A DNA stretch of 64,000 bases from Gracilinanus agilis (taxonomy: Eukaryota). The stretch lies in contig NC_058131.1 in assembly GCF_016433145.1 (NCBI RefSeq), positions 524,960,482-525,024,481 on the forward strand, given 5' to 3'. Under the pieces are notes generated by a model that did no database searches, was not told the origin of the DNA, and saw only the letters and a program-made list of their open reading frames with translations. Every line of letters starts with the position of its first letter. The first letter of the stretch is position 1. This document shows, piece by piece, positions 12,320 to 45,200 of this stretch. Position numbers and translations under genes: made by a program.

Positions 12320-12657
12320 CCCCAAACTAAAGCCACACCCAAGCGCAGGAATTGCAATAGCAGGACTCTTGGGCTAAGAGCAGCCCTAGGGAGGTATAAA
12401 CAAGCAATGGTCCCAGGTGCCTAAAGGATAAACAGCAACCTACCCATCAGGACATGAGCAGGACTGGGAAGAATCCTTGAAAAAAAGAGTCAAAATCTTT
12501 GATAATCACAAGAAAAATGCCTGGGTAGTAAACATGGGGACAATTGTGAGTTTACATCAGAATAGTTATGTGGCATAAGGTAATGCTTTACATCTAACTG
12601 TCAACATTACCTCCATCCCCCCCACCCCCAAAAACTTAGTTTAAAGGGGGGGGTTCA

Positions 12658-12663
12658 TTTATT
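12658..12663 (-). terminator. PDIA3 polyadenylation signal
   Basis: AATAAA on the minus strand in TTTTGTACATTTGGAACAATGACAATAAATGA, a context I recall from the eutherian PDIA3 3' end. Confidence 0.75.
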
Positions 12664-12982
12664 GTCATTGTTCCAAATGTACAAAAAAAAAGAAAAAGAA
12701 AAAAAAGGAAAAAATTAGAAAATAACCCTGGGCTCAACTCCCTCCCCCCAACCCCACAATATTCCCTCAACACAAATAATCCTCCCCCACCCCCCCCAAA
12801 TCACAAACAAATATCAACTAGTCCTGGTGTTTCCATTAACAGTGCACCTAAAGAAACAGCTTAGAGAAAATTAAAACAGGATTCAAATGGCATCCACACT
12901 GTCCACTCATCCTTGAGGCACTGGCTGCCCCATCACTGGTAAAAGAGTCCTTATACAAAGTGGTCTGGTTTTGGCTGCTACT

Positions 12983-34556
<21,574 letters not shown>

Positions 34557-35150
34557 GGCGGCGAGCGGAATCGGCGAGTGGGGTCAAAACAGGGAAGGAG
34601 GAAAGGAAGGGAGACGGGTGGGGCCGGTCCAGGCGTTGTCCCGGTAGCGGTGCGGGACGAGCTCGTGTGATGCTCCTTAATCAGCCTCGCGCGGTCTGAA
34701 ACCAGCCGCCCCAGCAACCGGAAGTCTCAACCCCCACCCGGCGCTCGTGCCGCATTGTGGCAGCTCTGGATTGGCTGGGATTGCTTGGGCTAGAGCAAGC
34801 TGGGGCAACCTGGTAACTGCCGAATGGGCGAGAGGGAGGGGGCGGGGCGAGAAGGAGGGGACAAAGAGAGAGGGGGCGGGTGGAACCGAGCAAAGGCGGT
34901 CTTGCGGCTGCGCAGATCTTCGGGGAAGAGGGGAGCGAGTCTGGGCTAAACCAGTTAGTTCTGGGAGCAGCGTGGGTACCTTGGGATCTGTTTTCGGGAC
35001 ACGGAGGCCTAGGGAAGAGTCCCAGGAGGGACATAGTTGATTGGAGGTTGAGTGAAAGCCTTCGGAGTGAAGTCAGAGGGTCCATTGGCTGGAGAGAATC
35101 TGGAGCTGAGTCAGAGTAGGAAGTAGGGACTGAGAGGAGGAGAGCATGAG
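34557..35150. promoter_or_regulatory. CpG-island bidirectional promoter, PDIA3 (-) / CATSPER2 (+)
   Basis: CpG-dense. ETS motif ACCGGAAGT 34717-34725, ERSE-like element 34756-34774, GC box near 34838-34847. Head-to-head gene geometry. Confidence 0.75.
34756..34774 (-). promoter_or_regulatory. ER stress response element (ERSE)-like site
   Basis: Minus strand reads CCAAT-CCAGAGCTG-CCACA, i.e. CCAAT-N9-CCAC(A); the consensus ends CCACG. Confidence 0.65.
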
Positions 35151-35209
35151 CCTTTGAAAAGTTCAGGAAGGGATCCAGGCGGGGGATACCAGCAGTTTAT
35201 ATGCACTAG

Positions 35210-36000
35210 CAGCATTGAAGTGTCTCTTCTCTTTCTCCACTTATTTCTTTTCATCTCTCCCAGTCCTCATCTCTTCTCTTGCCCCACAGCTCCTCGTGTG
35301 TTTCTTCCCCTACATTTCTCTTTTCATCACTTTTTTCTTACCTTTTCTTTCTCCTACATCACCATTTTCCTTTTCCTTCTTTGCTTTCATTCCTCTTGCT
35401 TTCCCACTACCATATTTCTTTTCTCTCCTTCCTGTCTCCTGCCTTGCCTATATTTTGCTGCACCTTACTTTCTCTCTCTCTCTTCTTTCTCTCCTCTACT
35501 TTTTCTTTTCTCCCATTTTTCATTTCTTTCTTTTATCTTTCATCTCTGCTACCTCTCATTTCAGGCCAGCTAGCAATCTCTTAAGGGCCTACTGTATACC
35601 CAAGCATTTTGCTAAGCTCTGGGGAAACAATGCCAAAAACAAACTACTCTCAAGGGCTCGCATTCATTTCCCCTCTTCAAATCTGCCTCCTTCCTGCTAC
35701 TGTCTCACTTCCCTGTTTCCTCTCTCACCTTCTCCCCTACTTTTCTCACTTCTTTGTCACACCTTCACCTATTGTATCTCCCTTTTCCTCCTTTTCTTCT
35801 TTCTGTCTTTTTAGTCCAGCTTTTCCCCTTTCCTGTTTTCCTTTGTACCTTTCCTCTTGTCTGTCCACTCTGCTATCTGTATGTTTCTTTCTGCTGTTGT
35901 TTTTTCTTTTGTCCACTTCTCCATGCTTTCACTTTTCTCTGCTTCCTTTCTCAGCTTTTCCATTTTTGACTTTCAACAGCCATTCTTCCTTAGTTTGCCT
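35210..36000 (+). repeat. About 0.8 kb C/T-rich low-complexity polypyrimidine tract
   Basis: Direct reading; it explains the F/L/S-rich spurious ORFs in all three plus frames. Confidence 0.9.
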
Positions 36001-36216
36001 GTCTACTTGTCTGGTGTCCTAGACTTCTGGATTAGAATTGTGCAAGAGATTCCTCAACTGTATATGGTCAATTGCTTTGAGACTTTCCCCTTATATCTTT
36101 GGTCTTCTGTTTTAGAAATCCACAGCTGTGAAACTGGGACACTTAGAGTGTGTACTCAGTTGCTTCTTCTGGGCAATTCACTAGGTAGGAGACCCTGCAG
36201 CATCTGAAGGATAAAG

Positions 36217-39200
36217 ATGAAGGTGATTGGGAGTGAGGGTAAAAACTTTGATCTTCCTTCTATATACCATGGTTTGGTACATCTTTTCCACCAGTTCCTC
36301 TGGCTTTTAACAGGGCCATTGTCCTTATCTAATGCCTTCTTTTTGTTGGTTTGTTTCATTTTTCCTTGCCACTGGCCACTCCTTTCAACATGCCTTTTAT
36401 TTATTTTATTAATTAATTTAGGATATTTTCCCATGGTTACATGATTCATGTTCTTTTCCTCCCCTCTTTCCTCCCCCTTCCCTGAGTTGATGAGCAATTC
36501 TACTGGGTTATATATGTATCATTATTCAAAACCCATTTCCATATTATTAATATTTGCAGTGGAATGATCATTTAAATTCAAAATCCCCAATCAAACCTCA
36601 TGAATTAGCATATGTGTTTCTCTTCTGTGTTTCTACTCACACAGTTCTTTCTCTGGATGTGTATAGCATTCTTTCTCATAAGTCCCTCAGAATTGCTCTG
36701 GATCCTTGCATTGCTACTAGTAAAGAAGTCCATTACATTTGATTGTGCCACAGTGTATCAGCTTCTATGTACAATGTTCTCCTGGTTCTGCACCCTTCAC
36801 TCTGCATCAATTCCTGGAGGTCATTCCAGTTCATATAGAAATCCTTCAGTTCATCATTCCTTTCAGCACAATATTATTCCATCACCATCAGATACCACAA
36901 TTTGCTCAGCCATTCCCCAATCGAGGGAAACCCTCCTCATTTTCCAGTTTTTTGCCATTATAAAGATCATGGCTATAAATATTTTTGTACACATATTATT
37001 CCCTATTGTCTGGGATACAAAAACAGCAGTGGTATTGTTGGATCAAAGGGCAGGCAATCTTTTAAAGCCCTTTGTGCATAGTTCCAAATTGCCCTCCAGA
37101 ATAGTTGGATCAATTCACAACTCCACCAGCAGTATATTTGTGTCCCAATTTTGCCACATCCCCTCCAACATTTATTATTTTCCTTTACTGTCATATTGGC
37201 CAATCTGCTAGGTGTGAGGTGGTATCTGGGTTGTTTTGATTTGCATTTCTCTAATTATGAGAGAGAACACTTTTTCATGTGTTAATTGATAGTTTTGATT
37301 TCTTTATCTGAAAACTACTATTCATGTCCCTTGACCATTTATCAATTGGGAATGGCTTGATTTTTTATACAATTGATTTAGCTCCTTACAAATTTGAGAA
37401 ATTAGATCTTTGTCAGAAGTTTTTGTTATATTTTTTCCCAATTTGTTGCTCTTAATGCCTTCTTTTCTTCATAGACTACACCTAATCCCTCAGGAGCACC
37501 TGCAACACTAGTGCTATCCAGAGCAGATGCTGTGCGTTCCAGACTCATCGACACTTTTTCTCTCATTGAGCATTTGCAGGGCTACAGCCAGGCTGTGCCT
37601 CGGTATAACCTACGAGAGTTCCTTGGTCAGTAACCTGTATTTCCACTGGGCTCCTATCCACAGTCTATCAAAACAGCCTCCAACTTAAAAGGGAATAGAA
37701 AGAGGATCTAAGACTGTGGGAACCTTGAAATTCAGGCAAAAGATGGTGGCTGGCCCTAATTTTGGAAAAAGCTTGATAAAGCAATTTGGTTCATAAAAGC
37801 TCTTTGGGTCTCATCCAAAGAATTGATTGACAGACTAACTCCATTTCGAGGGATCAAACTTTATTGTAAGAGAATATAGCAATACTCTGTGCCTGGATAG
37901 CTAGCTAGTATAGTAAAGTAAGATAGGTAAGTAAGAAAGCAAAGGTAAAGGTGGGTAGGAGTTTTCAAGAAGACTTTTTATCTTGATTAGATACTAAGGC
38001 AGGGGTCATTTGTTTGGGCAATAATAATGATATGTTAAATACCCTGGGGCAACTTTCAAGTTGTTTTTTTCTTTTTTTTTGCAAAGACCCTAATGAAGGC
38101 AGTAATTGTGGAAATTTAGCATTGTTTTAACCTAGTCCTGAATGACTAGAAAACTATACTTGCTGTTCAGAGAACTCCCAACCAAAGAGCCTAGGTTATA
38201 TCTAAAGATTGATATAAGGAATCTTCTCATAATTGTGAATCTAAGCAACCTATATGTCTTATCTGAAAGGTAGCCCCATTCTAATCAACTAGTTATTGTT
38301 TCCATGTTCTTTTGATTGTATTCAGCTACTTGGCAGGTTTGTGGGATATTTCAGGCCACTTCAAAACTAAATGCTAATATTCTTACTCGAAGCAATTTGA
38401 TAGTTAACTATTGCAATAAAGAGTAACAGGATAAGCTGAACGTTAGTTCAGGCTGTTAAGCCTCAGTTTAAGGATCTAGACCTGCCCCAAAACTGATTAA
38501 TTTGTCCCTCAATCCTAAATGCAATTCCTCATTGCCTCTTTATCTCCTTTCCTCTGAAAATACTCACCACAGATCCTTCTAAAATGAGAAAAATGATGCA
38601 AGGAGACCATCAACATCTTGTCCGCTTCACTATCAAGCCTGGGCATGACCGAATCCTGTTCTCTCAGAGGCAGCAATGTCGACTCAGGGTGCGCTGTAAT
38701 CGATGGGCCCCTCTTTCTCTCTGGGCTGGCTGGGTCATTGAAAGTATCCTTTTAGTTACAATAAAGCATCTTCTACTCCCACTCCTTAGCTAGGGGACCC
38801 AACTTTCTCCCCTAGCCCAGCTTCTACCCTCTTATATACTTTCTACATCCCTCTAACACACACACACACATGTTGGCTTCTCCAGCCCCAAACTTGACCT
38901 GATTCCCACTTCTACCCTGAATTTAAACATGCCAACTGCATTGACTCTACTTTGGACATTTTTTTCCTCAATGGGAAGCAGAACGTCCCTTCATAAACCT
39001 TATTATCTTCCTCATCTTTTTGAATACCATTTTACTCATGGTTGAAATAGGTAAGACCTTGGAGTGATTGGAGGAGGGAAGGGCTTGGGAGACAATTCCC
39101 TTTGAATTTGTTTAGGATTTCCTGAAACAAGTTAATATTAGGGTGGGACAGATAAACAAGCCTTTTAGAATGGGGAACACAAAAAGAATAGGAAAACCAT

Positions 39201-42200
39201 AAAGATCTTGAAATAAGGGCAGGGAAGCTTAGGAAAATAAAATGTGCAGTATTTCATAAGCATAGGTAGCCTGTTGGGGACTGAAGAAAGGAAGACCAAT
39301 TTAGCAAATTCATGGATGATAATACCATTATCAATATAATCAGATTCCACCCATTTCCCTTATTTGAAAAACAGGACATTTGCCTATCTCTAATACTTTA
39401 TGATTTTTTTGGGGGAAATCACTCGACATATAATTCAGAGATCATTATTAGCAGACCAATAATTGCAGCCAGTTTTTTTTAGCACCCTGGACTGTAATTT
39501 ATCCAGGCCTGATGATTTGATCCCATCTAGGGCAGCTTAGGTACCCTCACCATCACCTCACTTATCTTCAGTTTAACAAATGCTTATTAAACACTATCTT
39601 TAATAATAATCATAATAATAATAAACAAAGTGCTGAGAGAGACGCAGTTAGATGACTCAGTGCATAGAGAGCCAGACTTGGAATCCAGAAGTCCTGGGTT
39701 CAAATCTGGCCTCAGACACATTCTAGATGTGTGACCCTAGGCTTGTCACTTAACCCCTTCTGCCTAACCCTTACCACTCTTCTGCCTTGGAACTGATACT
39801 TAGTATCAATGCCAAGAGAACAGAGACAAAATTGAACCAGTTTCTGTTCTCAAGGAGCTAACATTTTCCTGGCAGACTACAATATATAAACAGATAAATG
39901 CCATGTAATTTGAAAAAGAAAGTACTAACATTTGGAGGGAGAGAAAGAGCGTATCAGAGTACCTAAAAGACTTCCTGCTCGGAGTAGGGGTGGGAAAGCC
40001 AGGCAGCTTGATGTCTCAGTGGATTGAAAGCCAGGCTTAGAGATGGGAAGACCTGGGTTCTAATGTGGCCTCAGATATTTCCTAGCTGTATAACCATGGA
40101 CAAGTCACTTAACCCTTATTGCCTAGCCTTTCTTTTCTTCTGCCTTTGAATAAATACACAGTAAGGGGTTTAAAACTAAATAAATAAATAAAGATGCTTC
40201 CTGCTGGAGATGATACTTGAGCTAAGCCTAGGAAAAAAAGCAACAGATAATAGGAGGCAAAGATAAGGAGGACCTGCATTCCAGGTAAAGGAGACAGCTA
40301 GGATGCCAATTTGGATCACAGTAAATTAAAGGAGAAGTAACATGAAACAAGTCTAGGAAAGTAGCCACATTGTGACTGGGAATTGAATTGTGAAAAGTTT
40401 GAATGCCATTCTGAAAAGTTTTTAATTTATTCTAGAGGCAATAGGAAGTCATGATGTATTCAGACCCAGGCCAGTTATGTGTCATATGTTTTAGAGATGA
40501 GGGAGACTTAAAGCAAGGAGACTAATTAAGAGGTAATGGCCATAAAATGAGAAAAAGGGACAAATTAAAAGAGATGTTGTAGAGGTAGTATCAGTAAGAG
40601 TAGACAACTTATTGGTTATGAGAAATGATAGATTGTGATATTCTTGATATTTAGAAAGATAGCATTCCCTCATCAGAAATAGGGAAGTTTAAAGGGGTGA
40701 GTTTATTGGGGGAAATAATATATTCTGGTTTGGACATGTCAAATTTGAATTGGTGATGGGACATATAGGTAAAAATGTCCAACAAGGCCATTGATGATGT
40801 AGCACTATGGTTCAAGAAAGTGATTAGGGCTAGATAAATAGATTTGGCAGTCATATGCACAGAAATGAACCCAGGAAGCTGATGCAAAAGCAGACTGTAG
40901 AGAAAAGAAAGAAAAAAATCTTCAGAACACATCCTTCTTTTTTAAAATATTATTTCTTCCCAATTATTCAGCTCAGACTCTTGCCCTCTATCTACATATA
41001 TTCCTTCTTACTGCCCTAATTGATGACAAAGTTCTTGGGCATTACAAGAATCATCTCCCTGTGTTTGCTCATTTTCCTATCTTTTTCTTTTAGTTTAAAG
41101 AACTGTTAAGTTGAGCTCTGTATTTGTGGTGAAGGGAGCACTGTTCCAAGCTTTGGGTTCTTTGTGCAGCTGCCTTCAGAGCTGGCACTGGGAATCTATC
41201 TGCTTTCAGTTCTTCCAAAGTGGTATGATGTAAAGAGAGATGTATTGAATACTTTCCCATATGTGCTCTGTTCTGTGAGTAACCCCAAGCACTCTTGTGG
41301 CTGCAAGTACTGGTGTCCTCCTCACCCTGAGACTGGTCGCCAGGACTGCAACCTGATTTTGGGTAAGGGCAATTTGATGAGAGTCTTGCACTCAGAACCA
41401 GCAAAGAGACCCCTGTAATCTCCTCCTGAGTTCAACCCTCCTTACCATCTGTAGTTGAGAGTTCCAGAATCCTTGGCTGCTGCTTCAGCTGCAAAGCCTG
41501 CTGCCTTGGTAGGGCCTTCTCTGGCACTCTGTACTCCACCTCCACTCCATGCACTAGATCCCTCTTCCTGGCCTTCTAAGTTTTGGGCTGAAAAATTACT
41601 TCATCTAGTGTTTTTGTGGGTTATGTGGCTCCAGAATCCATTTTTGAGGCATTATATCATTGCTTTTTTGGAGAATAATTTGGTAGAAATAAGATAGGTC
41701 CCTGTACCTTCTCTGCCATCTTGGTTCTGCCTTCCAGGACACATGCTTATTGATTAAGAGATGAATGATACTCCAGAAAAAGACACTCAGAAGAATTCAG
41801 AGAGGTAAGAGGAGGACCAAGGAGAAAGTTTTATGGAAGACAAGGGAAGAGAAAAATATCTAGGAAGAAGGGGTAGGCAGTAGTGTCAAAAACTAAAAAG
41901 TAGGCAAGTAAAAATAAAGACTAAAAAAATGCCTTTGGATTTAGCAATTAGAACACTGATTACTGTGGAAATCATTTAAGTAGTATTGCCTCCAGAATAG
42001 ATTTCCCACTGCCATCTATTCTTCTCATTTTTGTTTCCTTCAATGTCATTTCTACTTCCTTCTACAGTACATTTTGAACTGCAATGTTAGAGTCCAAAGA
42101 TGGTGGCTTATTGTCTTGGTGAAAAGAGTTTGTCATATTGGAAAATGGTTTAATTAGCTCTCTGGAGAAAAAAAATTTATGCATGAATTCAGATTTAATG

Positions 42201-45200
42201 TTCATTATTTATAGTTTTTTCATCACTTTTTCAAGTCAAGACCATCAAAAAGCAAGAAATTAGGACCTTTTTATAGCATTTACTTTGATTTCTGAGGTAT
42301 AAATGTTCCTAGTGAAAACTTAACAATCAACTGAAGTTTTTTTGTTTGTTTAAGGCAATGGAGTTTAAGTGACTTCCCCAGGGTCACACAGCTAGGAAGT
42401 ATCTAAGGTCAGTTTTGAACCTAGGACCTCCTGTCTCTAGGCCTGGCTCTCAATCCACTGAGCTACCCAGCTGCCCCCCTCTTTTTTTTTTTTTTTTTTT
42501 TTGCTTTCAGAAAAAATGTATTTAATCCAGAATATATAAGAAGTTAAACACAGACACCCCCCAGGAAACAAATGTTGAAATTTATTCTGTTGATTCCATT
42601 GACAAATGTTAGTTTAGGTCCAAATACAAAAAAATTTTTTTAAGAGAATTTAGTAGCTAAATATGGCAAAGTGTATTCTGAGGATGGTATATAAATTAGG
42701 TAAAAATTAGGTAAAACAACTTTGGCTGAGGCAAAACACACCTTGCAACTCATACCTCATAGACCCTTTGGGGAAAAAACAAAACAAAACAACACCACCC
42801 CACCAGTGGTTGTACAATATAAGCTGGTTGTAGCACACTCTTGTTACTTATATATTTTCAATTTTTGTCCATTTTCCTTCTTACAGTTTCATCATTAAAT
42901 ACCCTCAGGGTAATTTTAATTAGTTGGATCTTTCACCACACTTTCTGCAAATTTATTTTTTATACCTACTATTTTTTATTGTTTTATGAGGCAATATAGC
43001 TTATAATCTTCCATTTCCTCCTCTATAAAATATTGTAAGCAGGTTTGTATTCTAAACTAGCATTTCTCTTGGCTGACATCTTGTTGCTTGGCAAGAATTT
43101 CAAGTACTTTTTGCCTCATGGTAATCACATGTTAAAACTTCCTTACTCAATGATAGTTAGTCTGTGTTAGTATTTGTTTTTCTAATCATTCCTTGTTTTT
43201 CAACATCAATAGTTGATTTAAATGGTTATATTGCAATTGGCTTAATTGAAGTTAATATTATCCTCTTATTTTTATTCTTAAAAGTTTGATATTAATTTTA
43301 AACTTTGTTATAATACATCAGTGATCTGATTGTACATAGGCAGGTAACATAAAAACGATTTCCACAGCAATAACCAGTTTTTTACTAGAGAAACAAAAAG
43401 AAAACAGTCCTGGCCCTCAAAATACTGACTAGCCTGGGGAAACAAAATATATATATTAGAATACTACTTGCCTATTGGCATAACCTTCGAGGACCCAAGA
43501 TCTCCTCCATATCACAACAGGACCTCAGAATAGGACTTTAAAATCATAAAGGCTATCAATAGGGTGAACATAAACTTAGCCACTGAATCCAGAAAGAAAA
43601 GAGACCCTTTAAAAATGAAATAAAACTTTACACAAGTAAAAGTAAATCTCAGTAACTTTCTTTAAACGAAAAAATTACCTTCCATCTTAAAATCAAAACT
43701 GTATATTGGTTCCAAGGCAGAAGATTGGTAAAGGCTAAGCAACAGAGGTTAAGTGACTTGCCCAGGGTCACACAGGTAGTATCTGAGGCCACATTTGAAC
43801 CCAGGGCCTCCCATATCTACACCTGACTCTATCCACTGAGCCATCTAGCTGCCCCTAGTAATTTTCAGTGAGCTATAATGCAGGCTGAGTTTAGATAAAT
43901 TGATACATGATGGATGCAAAATGGATTATAAATGGAAACAAAAGAGGTTGGTTTACCCCCCTAACCTTTTGAGGAGATGTCATACAGATATCCTCCATAA
44001 GAAATTTCCCTTGGTGATTATATAAGCAGGATTTTAAGTGATTTTGCAAATTGTGCTTTATGGCATAGGGGAAAGAAGACTGATTTTTAGAGTCCAAAGA
44101 TCTAAGTTTAAATGCCATTTCTAATACTTTATAATCCAGAGATGGGTCATTAAACCTTCCAGAGCTTCAATTTCCTCATCTGTAAAATGTAAATAAGAAT
44201 ATTCCTCTCCCAAGGCTATCGTGATAAAAACAGCAAATAAATTAAAAGAACTCCCAACAACTTTATATGCCTTAAAGCATTATATAAATGCAAAGAGTAT
44301 TACTATAAGTTATTATTAGAACATATCTACAAATAATCATGTGCTTGATCTCTCCATTATTACAATTGGGCTCTCTATCACTTTCCTCTTAAGATCAGAT
44401 AAAAAATCTTGTTTGATGTTCAAAGAGCATCAACCCCCTTCATAGTTTAGTGCAATCCCCATCCCCCTTCCTCATATTTCTAGTCTTCTATGCCTTATAC
44501 CTCAACGTGTACTCTTCACAAGCCATCCAAAATCTCACATTCTACAGGAAGCCTTCTCCACCCTCTTAATTTCAGTGCTTCCTCTCACTGTTGATTATTT
44601 CCTATTTGTTCTGTAGATAACATGTTTGTACAGTTATTTTCTTGTCAGCTCCATTAGATTGTGAGCTTGAGGGCAGGGATTGTCTTTTGATTTTATTTGT
44701 ATTCCTAGAGCTTAGTTAGCACAGTGCCTGGCATGTAAAGGATGCTTAATAAAAACACTTGTTGACCAACTAGCTGATTGTCCCTGAAGCCAATCTGGTA
44801 TTTGTCTAGTGTTCTGTGATATATTTGCATTTTGTATAGCTTCTAGGACTGAGAGGGAGAAGGAGACAGTCCTCTATCCTGGAAATATTGGTCTTAAAGC
44901 ATATGAACTGCCTGGCATGTTTAGAAGAAGAAATTAACTCAAATCTGCTACCCACTCCTCAAGATAACTACTCCTAAATATAGTCCAGTATTCAAACACA
45001 ACCATTTTACAGATACCTTATTGTCCTAATCTAGAGGTCATTGTGACTTTTTCTAGAACTCTTAGCTCAATTTTTTTTTAGCGTCTTTATGACTTTCTAA
45101 ATTGAGCTGAAGAATTCCTAGGATTTTAGATCAAAATTTGATGTTTCATTATCTGAATAATGGCTTGTATTTTGAAAGTACACTTTAATGGTTTTTTTCT

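Noticed and set aside
34681-35119. ORFs of 79-134 aa on both strands in the PDIA3/CATSPER2 promoter
   Set aside because: Expected artefact of CpG-island composition.
35154-36207. ORFs up to 199 aa rich in F/L/S that look like membrane proteins
   Set aside because: Translation of the C/T low-complexity tract; open in all three frames.
36612-37211. 199-aa plus-strand ORF, and similarly 54311-54715 and 61470-62021
   Set aside because: Antisense or sense translations of truncated L1 ORF2/3' UTR fragments.
42880-43380. AT-rich stretch whose minus strand hints at a transposase C-terminus
   Set aside because: Too degenerate; no TIRs or diagnostic motif found.
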